The notes beneath the pieces are model-generated. The model was not told the origin of the DNA, did no database searches, and saw nothing but the letters and a program-made list of their open reading frames with translations. Positions 1-12,450 of a stretch of 64,000 bases of DNA are shown here, piece after piece (positions within the stretch are counted from its first letter, which is position 1; the number at the start of each line of letters is the position of its first letter). The stretch comes from Azolla caroliniana (lineage: Eukaryota; Plantae; Polypodiophyta): NCBI GenBank assembly GCA_043228905.1, contig JBHGNT010000018.1, forward strand, positions 6,448,001 through 6,512,000, read 5' to 3'. A program made the position numbers and the translations under genes.

Positions 1-339
1 CATCTAATGGGAGGGGGGAACAACCATCTCGGTACTACGTACTGCCATCGTATATCCACTCCAATTTCTACAACCATTGGTGTAATACACCATCGTTTTC
101 TGAAATTCAACCTCATTAAATCTGAGGCATCATTTGTTTCATCAATCCGCTCATATTGGGCCCTTAATGTAGTTATTACCCTGTGCCATATTAGCTTAAT
201 AGATTTTGCTGGAGGCTGTTTGTCTGCTGAAAATACCCTGGTACATCTTGCGGTCCAAATGTTCCATATGATAATGGGTGCTAGCAACATCCATAGATCT
301 TCAAATTTCTGCTTCTAGGCATTACTTCTAGGTGCATTG

Positions 340-740
340 TTAACATATCTACATATGGTAATATATATTTGTATACATATTCATGTTTAGTCAATATGCA
401 TGTATAAATGGGTGTAATGTATGTATATACATATTTATGGATGTAATGTTTAAATGTAGGTACATATATGCATGTATGCATGTATATGTATGTATGCCAC
501 TCTAAATTTGACTATTGTTTGCACAATATATTCTTTATTATCTCATTGAAATATCTAATATTTCATGGGCTTATGTAATTTTTTTCTATAGCATAATTGA
601 TAATATCCTTATGTAAATATATTTTTTATGCATTTGTTAATACCCTTATATATATACATTATGTATCTTAATGGTTAATTTAAACCCCTTTTGATGAACT
701 CATGTGCTATCATACAAGTTTTCATAGTGAAGCCCCCGGG
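340..740 (+). mobile_element. 3' terminal fragment of non-autonomous DNA transposon family (copy 1)
   Basis: Closely similar to 12300-12695 and to the reverse complement of 19644-19990 plus 14907-14945. Similarity ends at gtgaagcccccggg (740), the family's TIR. Left boundary approximate. Confidence 0.7.
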
Positions 741-2140
741 CAAACACTCCACTAAGGAAAAAATTTCCACTTGCTCCAATAAAGAAAATTGTCACATTAG
801 TATTCTCTTCAACTTTCAATGACATAGATATGCTTTCAGTTCATGCCTACCATCAAATACAAAAGCATTACACATATCCCAATTATGATGCAATCCCCAA
901 TACCTCAAAAATAGGAAAACGATCTCCATCTCTAATTTTGGGTCAACCTGTGTAAATCGTGCAAACACCCATTGTCAAGGCTTCAAATAACACCGTGATA
1001 AAACTTGCCAAATTTGTCTCTTTCTGTCTCTATGTTTGTTTGCCGGTCTCTTTGTTTGTATGTTTGTCTGTTCTTGGTGAAAGCCCACAATTATATTCAT
1101 AAATGTGTCTGAAATGTATGCACAAATGAGTGTGATCACCTCTACAAAGGTATATGTAAACCAATAACCATAGCATTGTAAAGCATAGATTAAACTTTAG
1201 ATATAACATCATCTTTAGGATCTTATATATTAATATATAACTAGAATTTCTTATCAACATATTAAAGGCAATGATCTCACAACGTGATTTAGCATCCATG
1301 TTCTTCTTTCATCAGTAATCGTACTTGAAGTAAACTATTGCCACTTTCTCTTTGACAAATATATACTTTCCATAAGGGGTTGTCAAGTTGCCTTTGTCAG
1401 TCATTTGCTTGAGATTGAAACGAATGGGGAAGAAATCCATTGCAACACATTATGGAATTCTAGAGGTCTAGCAGCACCTGTTCAAATTCTAGAGGTTTTG
1501 TGACATGTACTCAGATTTGGGGGATCCATGCGGTAGAGGTTCAAGTGTCGGCCATATTAGTGGGTGTAAATCATGCAATATCCACAAGCCGTGTGCTTTG
1601 TTTCTTAGAATAGATAAGATGTGTCGTGAAGATGATTATTAACAAAAGCGTGGGCATGGGCATGGGCATGGGCGTGGGGCTTGTAGGTGAAGGCTTATTA
1701 TCTCCTCAATTGAGTCGTGAAATATCCATTGGAAACAATATGGCCAGATTAGTAACCATGGTATCCATTTCCTGACCGGTAAAGCAATATGACCATTGAC
1801 TATGTCACAAATAAGACCGGATTTGAAACTATGGTATCCATTGCTTTTTTCAGACAAAGAAACCATATTGCTTTTTTGTGACAAAGAAACCATGGTTTTA
1901 AAAACCACTCGTCTGTTTTATAAGTCACAATGCTTTTGTTACAAGTCAAAAAAAAAAACCTGGAAAGAAATAGAACCACAAAAGCGCTCTAGATAAAAAT
2001 AGGAAGGCTTTTTTTTGGTGGTGTTGAATAACCACTCATCTAATCCCTAATCCCTAATCTTAGCTATGATTCACTAATCCTGCCCTTAATCATAATCATC
2101 AATCACTAACCCCTCCTCTGCAAGAGATATTTTTCTCATC

Positions 2141-2790
2141 ATGCATGTGTTTCTTGCTAACTACGGCTGTGCAGATCACCCGTTGTTCCATCTCCTTGTC
2201 TTCACAATTTGCTTCACTACTGCAATCCTTGGCATGCTGCTCTCTATCATCGGCTCCCTCAACACAAGTACCAATAGCAGTAGCATAATTAACAATAATC
2301 CTATGCCTTATAACAACCATGCCATCAATTCCAAGGTAATTAATGATGCCAACCTTCCTATGAAGCTCCCTAATCACGCTCTTATAAGAAGCTGGAATCA
2401 TCCGCCCCTTCCTCCTCCTCCTCCTCCTCATTACCAAGACAACCTAGTACAAGGCTACAGAAGCTATGGCGACAAAGCGAATTGCAAAGCGAAGCACAAT
2501 TACTCGGCGAGGATTAATGAGAAGAAGCTCACGAAGAGCCATAATCCTCGATCGACTGCGACTAGTTACGAATCTAAGAGCGGATACTTCCTTGGGGCAG
2601 TCATAGCCAACAGGGTATTCCAAGGGGACAAGTTTAGGGTTGGGCCATATGAGGTGAAGCAGTGGATCGAGTACATGATCTACGCGGGCGTGGAGCACCT
2701 CTATTGGTACGACACTGCCCACGATGACGCCGAGTCCCAGGAGCACAGCCTCGCAGGGTACATCGAATCGGGCATCCTCACATACCATAG
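2141..2790 (+). CDS. Glycosyltransferase family 92 / DUF23-like type II membrane protein, exon 1
   Basis: ATG at 2141; N-terminal hydrophobic helix (LFHLLVFTICFTTAILGMLLSII); Asn/Pro-rich stem; QWIEYMIYAGVEHLYWYD motif; GT donor at 2791 (ag|gtatgc). Confidence 0.75.
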
Positions 2791-2808
2791 GTATGCATTT
2801 CATTCATA

Positions 2809-3220
2809 CATCACATTAACCCTAAAACCTCCATAACAAGAAACATTCCCGGCTCCTAGCCGCCCTATATGCAAAACATTCCCGGCTCTTAGTCGGCCTA
2901 TATATGCAGTCGACTTAACTTGACTACAAAAAACATAATCGCGCGCCACAATGGTACACACATGATTCGATATGGCCATCTAGATCAATATCATGTCCTA
3001 TATACCAGGGTAGACATCACATTAACCCTAAAAACCTCCATAACAAAAAACATTCCCGGCTCCTAGCCGCACTATATGCAAAACATTGCCGGCTTTTAGT
3101 CGGCCTATATATGCACTCGACTTAACTTGACTACGAAAAACATAATCGCGCCGCAATGGTACACACATGATTCGACATGGCCATCTAGATCAATATCATG
3201 TCCTATATACCAGGGTAGAC
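2809..3220. repeat. ~207-bp tandem duplication in intron
   Basis: catcacattaaccctaaaa...tataccagggtagac occurs twice head-to-tail. Confidence 0.85.
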
Positions 3221-3280
3221 AAATTTATCGAATCCCCTCCTCGTAGATTGTATACACCGGAGCAACAAACAGATTGTGTG

Positions 3281-3330
3281 TTAGGGTTTAGGGTTTTAGG
3301 GTTTTAGGGAACTTAGGAGTTTTAGGGTTA
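3281..3330 (+). repeat. Degenerate telomere-like TTTAGGG tract (telo-box cluster) in intron
   Basis: ttagggtttagggttttagggttttaggg...ttttagggtta. Confidence 0.6.
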
Positions 3331-3484
3331 GAAAAATAATCCATGCATATCGGTGGTATTGGAACTTGAAAGATTTACGAAGCAGCATGCAACCTACGTG
3401 CAGTTTCTACTAGTTATTCACTCTGTTTTTTTTTAACTCTCTTCTTTAACCATAAAACACATATTCTAACCAAAATGGCATTAG

Positions 3485-4199
3485 GTTCCATGGGAGCCTA
3501 TTTGATGCTTCTGCATCCATCCCGAGAGGCTACCACTTCGAGCAAGACCAATCGTATATGCATTTCTTGAAGAACTACGCGAATGAAGCTCGGTGGGTGG
3601 TCGAGCTCGATGTGGACGAGTATCCGTTCAGCCCACGAGACCACAAGAGTTGCTTCTTGCAAAGGTTCATATGGGATTATGAGCTCCAGAATCGTCATCA
3701 CGAGCTTCTCAAGAAAAATGCCGACATCGAGAATCGAAATGCTAGTAAGTTAGAGCTACCCATCATCACTCAGATACTCATGAATTGCATGTTCTTTTTG
3801 GGAAACCCAATCCCTGGCCCCAATGAAGAAGCACAAGCTCCTCATGAAGAGGAATGGATCATCGAGAAGTACCAGCGCCGGAAGCGAGACTCAGAGGGTG
3901 CCCATCGACGGAAGCCCATCTTCCGGGCGAGCCTTGTGGCAAGTGTGCGAGAATGGGACCCGCACTGCATGACGATGGTCGAAGGTGGGGCCACAATTGT
4001 GGCGGACGAGATGCGGCTCCGCATGAACCACTATTGGGGAGCCCGTACCACCAATTTCGGCCCCGACACCCCCGAGCTTTTGTCTAGCCTCATTCCCGAC
4101 ACAAGTGTGAACACCATCTTGTCCCGCCTTAAGGCCTACACTAGGCTCCGATCATCGTGGATAGCTTCCAGCCCCCATAGCATCGACTCACATGTGTAA
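3485..4199 (+). CDS. Glycosyltransferase family 92 / DUF23-like protein, exon 2
   Basis: AG acceptor at 3483-3484 joins in frame (TYHR|FHGSLFD...QSYMHF) to ORF 3558-4199. Contains the DxD-type motif WVVELDVDEY and RMNHYWG. Spliced product is 454 aa. Confidence 0.75.
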
Positions 4200-4367
4200 G
4201 ACCGATTGAACATTTGACACCAACATATCGCGGCACCGACATCTTAAAGTCAATGCACCATCCCAACATTATATGTTTCCATGAAATAACACAAGTGTTG
4301 ATATGACCTACTCTATCTTTGACATGAGGAGAGTGTATGATCATCACCTTGGTGTCATCTTACAGAT

Positions 4368-4545
4368 GCATGTATTTTACATATAATTTTACCAAGGTGC
4401 GTTTTGGAATATTATCATTGAGGAGAAGGCATGTATTTTACATATAACTTTACCAAGGTGCGTTTTGGATTATTATCATTGAGAAGGCATGTATTTTACA
4501 TATAACTTTACCAAGGTGCGTTTTGGGATATTATCATTGAGAAGA
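4368..4545. repeat. ~58-bp tandem repeat x3
   Basis: gcatgtattttacatataa(t/c)tttaccaaggtgcgttttgg..ttatcattgagaag repeated three times. Confidence 0.85.
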
Positions 4546-4620
4546 CAAATAGGAAAAGTCATTAACTGAGTCTATGTATGTTGCATGCACCAAGATGACC
4601 AACGGGCCAATAAATCATCC

Positions 4621-5217
4621 AATACAACTAATGAGCCACTTGGTTTCCCTTTAGACGAATCATCCATTGTCTTGTAGAACTAGTTGTGTGCCCTCTTTGT
4701 CTCTCTAATACAACTAATGAGCCACTTGGTTTCCCTTTAGATGAGTCATCCATTGTCTTGTAGAACTAGTTGTGTGCCCTCTTTGTCTCTCTAATACAAC
4801 TAATGAGCCACTTGGTTTCCCTTTAGATGAGTCATCCATTGTCTTGTAGAACTAGTTGTGTGCCCTCTTTGTCTCTCTAATACAACTAATGAGCCACTTG
4901 GTTTCCCTTTAGATGAGTCATCCATTGTCTTTTAGAACTAGTTGTGTGCCCTCTTTGTCTCTCCATGTTCTCAATCCTAGAATAAAAAGAGAAGTGTTGT
5001 CAAGAAGAAGACAATCAACTTTAGATGAGTCATCCATTGTCTTGTAGAACTAGTTGTGTGCCCTCTTTGTCTCTCTAATACAACTAATGAGCCACTTGGT
5101 TTCCCTTTAGATGAGTCATCCATTGTCTTGTAGAACTAGCTGTGTGCGCTCTTTGTCTCTCCATGTTCTCAATCCTAGAATAAAAAGAGAGGTGTTGTCA
5201 AGAAGAAGACAATCAAA
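4621..5217. repeat. 86-bp minisatellite, about 6 units, with one higher-order duplication
   Basis: aatacaactaatgagccacttggtttccctttagatgagtcatccattgtcttgtagaactagttgtgtgccctctttgtctctct starts at 4621, 4707, 4793 and onward. Confidence 0.9.
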
Positions 5218-8200
5218 GGTGTGCTACGGTTGTTTTGTTGACGATTGTCGTCCCAACCTATATGTTAGTACAAATCAATCTTATAATAATGAGAAAAAAC
5301 AAGAGATTACGTTGAAGAAAGGATTTAGGGTGGTTAACCACATAGTCAACCCTCGAGTGAAGGACATGACACAAACATAAAATACCATAAGATGTTACCT
5401 TATGTTATACCTTGGTAATTGAATAACGGATCCGAAGCCTTTATATAGCCAAATACCTAGGGCTCCCAGACTCCTATATACTCAAGACAGAAGCAAGTTT
5501 TTATGCTGATAATAATTATAGGCATCATTGTGTTCTGAACTAAGCTAAAATGCTTTCTTGCATGTACCTTTTAATTTTAAAACTTTATCTAGGAGTAATT
5601 GTGCTAAATTAGCCTCCTTCATTATGAACCTTTCATGATCCTAAAACATATTAGTTCATGTGCCTATCATCTTGATCTTCCTAATGGTATCTATGTTCAT
5701 CCTGTTTTCCTAGGTAAACCGCCTCAAAGAACTTATGGGATTTAATAACTGTTTCAAAACTAAATCTGATATTAATAAAAACTAACAGTTTAGGTAGCAT
5801 TATTTAAAAATAGATGTGACTATTACAATTGTAACAATCACATTTCAAATGTATTGAAAAATATTAGAGCACCACATATTTTAGCTTGTGTACATCTAAG
5901 AATATATGTACAAGTTCATAATTTCATTCCAATATCTATTTTGTAATTTCTTACTTGTGTCTTCATCTCCTTCAAAGTTATAATTCTTAGATGGTATCAA
6001 AGCAGAGTTTTGATAAAAAACTTGAGCATTATTGTTATGCCCCTAGATTATGGGGGTCTCAAAAGCACACGAAAACACGGTTGGGACAAAGAGAATTGGG
6101 ACAGAAAGATGATTTATATTATATGAAGAGATACAAGCTTACAAGTACCCCAAGTTGGGACAAACCAAAATGAGGTTGGGATGAGTTGGGACTGAGCCAA
6201 GACTCATTCAGACAATCTCGCAAAAAGATGTTGAGGGACTAGAGCATTTCAATGGTTAGAAGAGGAGAGAGTAGAACTCAAAGGTTGAGAATGAGAAAAA
6301 TGAGGAGCAGCTCCTTGTATAGGCCAATATATGGCTGTTGGACTAACCGTTGGAATGGTTGTCCCAACCCATGGTGGTGCCCCTTTTGGGACAGGGATAG
6401 GGACAAAGACTAACTCTTTTTTAGAGTCCTAGTTTAGATTGGGATTTTGTCCCGATTGGGACAAGACAGGAGCAATACATTCACTTGGGTGCCATGGAGC
6501 TCTAGTCCAATCAAGCTCAAAACATTGTCCTAAGTTCCTTTGGTGCTTGGGTTTGCGCCTTGGTTCCTTCAAATCACCCTCGATCAAGTTGCCTTTAACT
6601 TTGCCTTTGCCTTTTCTAGGACTTCCTCCCTTCTTGGTTGAGCTTTCCCTCTTCGATCATTCTTTGATCCTTAGGTTCTTGGTCCTTCGCGTGACTCCTT
6701 CTACCTCGGGACGTGTTTGGTACTCTTGAGTCGAAATTCCTTGCTTGCCTTGGTTTGGAGACACCCGATTCCTAACCCTTGCTTGGTCTCACCCATTAAA
6801 GGTCCTTGTGTCCCTTTTTCCTCCTTTGCTCCACATTCATTAACCTTGGTTGGGACAACCCAATTCCCAACTCTTGCTTTTGGTTCTTCTAGAGCTCTTT
6901 GCTTCATTTAGGACTCGCTTCCTTGGTATTGATCGAACACACCTTCATGGACATTGCCTTCACCTGAACATGGGACTCCAACTCTTCTTCTTCCTCGATC
7001 TCAACTTGGGCTCCTGCTAAGCGAGAGGAACCCCCTTTCCGTTTGGGACATTCTCCTGCTAAGTGTGGATCTCCACACTTGAAGCAACCTCGATCATATT
7101 GGGATGTGCTTTGCGTGTTGTTTCTACTCAAGGGTTTGTATGATGTGTCCCAATTCCTAGCCTTCCTTGACTTTTCATATTCCACTTGGTCATAAGTCCT
7201 CAACCTACGTCGTATTTCCATGGGTCCTTCCTGGGACACCTCCCAATCCCGGGGGTTCCAATACATATAAAGAGGTTATATCACGTGCGTTCGCGACACC
7301 TTTTATAAACCCCTTACATGTATGTTTTTTACTATTTTAGATACCCTTCTATAAAAATACGGTTAATAAAAATACCCCTTAGTGCCAATATATATTTTGA
7401 CAACAAATCATTTTAAATGCCTTTACATAGAAGACACATGTATGTTTTATACATGTGTGTATGTATGCATATGTTGTATATATTTTATGTATGTATGTGT
7501 TATGTGTTATGTGTGTGTTCATATGTATGTATTGCATTGCATGTATGTATTGTATTCCATGTTTATTTATGTATGTATTATATTGTATGTGTGGTATATC
7601 TTAGTTGTATAACATGTGTGTATGTATCTATGTGTTATGTGTGTAGGGGCTCATGTCTATTTGCACCTAAATCATAGATATTCTTTTACTAATAAAGACT
7701 CAAGAGTTCATTATTTGGTTTGATAGTTATTCTATATTTAAACTTTATGAAATTCATCAACAATCATCATGAATACCCCATCACTATAAGAAGTTCCTTC
7801 AAATGCTCAATAACTTCTCACATCACAACATTATTTAACAAGGAAGAGATTAATATATGATTGATTCAATATGTGAAGCTTATCAAGCATATATGTGCTA
7901 CATGGGTCAAGCCACATTTACCATACATATCAATCACACTATTGGCAATACAACATCTCTTTCTAATACACCTTTTCCTTAGATTATATAGTTTGCAACA
8001 AACAAACACATGCAAAACCAACTTGCTATAATAATGACATACCTACGATTTAAATAATGTTTCAAACAAACAATAATTCATGAGATGAGAGGAAAGTAAT
8101 ATATTACAACACATGCAATGATTTATTTATCAATCTACTTCCTTTACAACAAGTAGAAATGAGGACCTTGCATTCTCCTAGCACCAAGAAAGATGAATAC

Positions 8201-8356
8201 AATGTTAGGTGATAATAAAAATCCACAGACACGGTTAATAAAGATTAAAGTGGGTGGGATTCGATGAATAAAAATCCACTTGGCTTCAGAAATGTTCCTA
8301 ATAAATGTCAACCTCCAAATCCAAAAAGTCATGAAAGGAATGAAGACCATCCATAC

Positions 8357-8660
8357 TTATAGAGAAAGCATCGCCATCATGAGATCCCCATGAGGCTTCT
8401 CAAGACCAAAAGAACTCTTCTTGCCTGTGAAATGACAATAGCAAATACACAAATTAACATGGAAAAAAAGAACATGAGATGGAATGCTACCAATGCATGT
8501 GTGCATGCATTCATACATGCATACAAATAGACACATACAAACACAACCATGCATATGCAAATACACATGCACACATATGAATATGGTAAAAAATTGATAC
8601 GATACTAAACCAATAACCCTCGAAAAGTGGTTTGGATCCTAATGGCCACAAATTCTCGCC
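8357..8660 (-). pseudogene. IQD: Captured IQ67-domain (IQD) gene fragment with intron
   Basis: Minus strand reads AIRIQTTFRGLL, then a GT..AG intron (8610-8425), then ARRVLLVLRSL. This matches the IQ67 motif (AIKIQTAFRGYL|ARRALRALKGL) and its conserved phase-0 intron. Confidence 0.6.
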
Positions 8661-8991
8661 TTCTTGTAGCTCATCCTACACATCCTTACTTGCCAAAGGA
8701 GGGCCACTACGAAGAGGTCGATCACGCTCATGGCGCCTTCTCTCTTGCTCTCTTTACTTTCTTTTCCTCTCTCTCTCTCTCTCTCTCAAACCAAAGCAAC
8801 TCACTTACTATTGATAACTCCAAAATGTAAACATACATACATCCATGTCATGAAGAAAAAACCCTTATAAATAAATTCCCAATAGTCACTTTTTCAAAGC
8901 AACTAGACTCAATAAAGTGGAAAAAGGCCGAATACAAAATGCAAACAAAAAAACATTATTTCTACTCTAATAGTTGAATTAATTTATTATA

Positions 8992-9160
8992 ATCAAACAA
9001 TGAGAATCCCATATCATCATTGCTTTCCTCTTGTTTCTCTTTTACTTCTTCCTTCTCTTCTACAATAGGAGCACCACCACTACCCCACCCCCAACCAATG
9101 CTATTGCTCCACCAGACACAAATCCGCCCCTCCTCCACCGCCAATGATTACCTGGAAGAC
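8992..9160 (-). pseudogene. RPP3: Captured C-terminal fragment of 60S acidic ribosomal P protein (P3-like)
   Basis: VFQVIIGGGGG (P3-type motif), then after a frameshift EEKEEVKEKQEESNDDMGFSLFD (conserved P-protein tail). Confidence 0.7.
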
Positions 9161-9175
9161 CAATCCAAAAACGCT

Positions 9176-9211
<36 letters not shown>

Positions 9212-9699
9212 AAGAAAGAAAGAAAGATATATTAACGTCTTCTAAGGCCAAAATTGGCCCATGAGACAAATGGTGTACAACAAAAATGGGATATTTACCC
9301 ATTCATCGAAAGTAAAAATAAAAATAAGATAAAATAGAGTTTAAGCTAAATAGTTCTAAGAAAACAACAAACATGTTCTATATAAAAAACATGTTCTACA
9401 ATGAGAATGATTCTATACTAGGCCTAATTTCATTTCCATCCAAGTCTCTCGAAGAGAAGCGGGGGGTCAAAGGGTTGCCATGATGTGGATGTGGCCCGTG
9501 GTCCCCATGTAAGAGGTACCCCAACCATAGCTTCGAGTCGGCGTAGCTCACGTTCCCTTATCTTCTTAATCTTTTCTACTCCACGTTGACTTGTGTTGAA
9601 GCCCAACATCCGAGGACGTTTGGTTGCTCTTTGTATTTCTGCTTCCTCAAGGGAGAGGCCGAGCGGCATAAGTGTATCCACATTCATCGTCTCCCCATG

Positions 9700-9983
9700 T
9701 TCCTGAAAAATTACACTAGGTACATGTTGATGAGTAGTAAAAGGGTTATGATTAACACTTTGTAATTTATCCTCCCTATGTTGTTTTAGCTCTAAGATAT
9801 ACCTACCTAGTCTCTTTACACTCGGGGTATCTAATAGTTTGGAGAGGGTGGGAGAGGGTCCTAGTATGTCTTGGTATTCCGCCCGTATCTCGGCATAAGT
9901 TGGGCACTTGCATGTGAAGTGATACTCATCCTCTATCTCTATGTGGCATAACCTACATAGCCTTTCCTCTCTAGGGACTCTCT

Positions 9984-10014
<31 letters not shown>

Positions 10015-10100
10015 CATAACCAAGTGCTAAAGATTGAAGGAATTATCAACGGATCCCTCAAGGCACTCCAAGAGCCGCCGTCGCTTCTGCCAATGAAGGT
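9700..10100 (-). mobile_element. LINE ORF2 3' fragment (C-terminal Zn-binding region)
   Basis: Minus translation REERLCRLCHIEIEDEYHFTCKCPTYAEIRAEY, typical of LINE C-termini. Boundaries approximate. Confidence 0.6.
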
Positions 10101-10187
10101 GAAGACAGCCTTAGATACAACTAAACCTTGTCTCTCTCTATCTCGTTCGTCTCTGAGAAAAAAGAAGAGAAGAAGTTAACAAACATG

Positions 10188-10219
<32 letters not shown>

Positions 10220-10223
<4 letters not shown>

Positions 10224-11805
10224 TTATGTGTATGTGAGTGTATTACATATTATATTGTATGTATTGTGTGTATGGCATGTGAGTATGTAGGGTATGTGTT
10301 ATGTGCTTATGTGTATGTTCTATGTATTGCATATGTATTGTATGTTCTATGTATGTGCATTGTATTCCATGTGTGTATGTATGTATATGTTTTGTACTTG
10401 TGCTTAAGTATGTATTGTATGTATTATATGTATAGCATGTATGTGTATGTTCTATATATGTGCATATGTATTGTATTGCATGCATATATATGTATATGTA
10501 TGTATTGATGCGTATATGCATGTTTATGTATGTACATGTTGTATTGCATTGTATTGTATTGTTTTGTTTTAATTGCATTATTGTATATATGCATTGTATG
10601 TATGGCATGTGTGCATGGGTATGTATGACATACATATTGTATTGTGTTGTATGTATGGCATGTGACTATGTATATATATGTATGTGTTGTGTGTATATGC
10701 ATGTATGTACATGTTGTATTGCATTTTATTGTATTGTATCATTTTGTATTAATTGCATTATTGTATATGTGCATTGTATGTATGGCATGTGAGCATGTGT
10801 ATGTATGTACATATGGTATTGTGTTGAATGTGTTGTATGTATGGCATGCGACTATGTATAATGTATGTATATGTTATGTGTGTGTATGTTCTATATAGGA
10901 TGTATGTATGTACATGTATGGATGTAAGTTGGTAACATTTATACAAGTATCATTGTAGGCATGTGTACCTATAACGTGTAGCAATGTATGAATGAATATA
11001 TGTATGTCCATGTACGAAGGCATATATGTGTATACATGTAATATGTAATGTATTCATGTATGTATATTTTCGGTGTATTTATCTTGTTTAGTATGTGTAT
11101 GGCTCATATATGGATGTATGTATGCAATATCAAATAATATGCATGCATACGTATATCTAATGTGTGTGTGTGTAAGTATTGTAACTTGTATGACCCTGTA
11201 TGACCTATATATATAGTGATATGTGGAATATGTATGTATGTATGTATGTATGTACCTGTATGCATATATGCATGTGTCAATGCACATGATTTAATGTGTC
11301 TGGATGTGTGTTTATAATATGTGCATAATATTATGTATATATCTAATGTATGTATGTGTATGCATATATGTATTATTATAGTGTGTATGACCATGTCTGT
11401 GTCTATGTTTGTGTATGTGGTGATATGTATGTACATATGTAATGTATGTATGTATGTACGTTTGTAAAATTTGTATATGTAACATTGTAGGCATATGTAC
11501 GTATATATGTGTAACAATCTATGAATGAATATATGTATGTACATGTATGAATGTACATGTATGAATGTACGTATGTGTATATATGTAATGTATTATTTTT
11601 GGGATATTTTCATGTCTAGTATGTGTATGGATCGTATATGAATTTATGTTTTCAATATGTACGTAATATGCAGTCATATATCCGATGTGTGTGTGTGTGT
11701 ATGTATGTATATATGTAAGTATTGTAGGTTGTATGGTTCCATATAACCTATATATATATGTATATATATATATGGCAATACGTGGAATATGTATCTACAT
11801 ATGTA

Positions 11806-11854
<49 letters not shown>

Positions 11855-12450
11855 TGTATGTATATGTATATGTATATATGTAATGCAATGTATGTATGTG
11901 TATGTAAATTTGTATATTGTGTAATATGAATGGATCATATGATATGTAATATGTAATTTTTATGCATGTATTAACATCGGTCAATACATATGGCTTATTA
12001 TAATATGTATGCATTTACATATTTGTACATATGGTAATATATATTTGTATACATATTCATGTTTAGTTAGTATGCATGTATAACTAGGTGTAATGTATGT
12101 ATATTCATATTTATGGATGTAATGTTTCAATGTAGGTACATATATGCATGTATGCATGTATATGTATGTATGCCACTCCAAATTTGTCTATTGTTTGCAC
12201 AATATATTCTTTATTATCTCATTGAAATATCTAATATTTCATGGGCTTATTATAATATGTATGTAGCATGTATGCATTTACATATTTGTATTTATGTATG
12301 TGTATGTACATATCTACATATGATAATATATATTTGTATATATATTCATGTTTAGTCAATATGCATGTATAAATGGGTGTAATGTATGTATATACATATT
12401 TATGGATATATATACATATATATGCATGTATGCATGTATATGTATGTATG
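10220..12450. repeat. Degenerate (TA/TG)-rich low-complexity satellite inside the DNA transposon
   Basis: tatg/tgta/gtat iterations; overlapping ORFs are spurious Y/V/C/M/H/T repeats. Confidence 0.9.

Noticed and set aside
7-1600. Short ORFs at window start
   Set aside because: No recognisable domain; probably decayed TE sequence.
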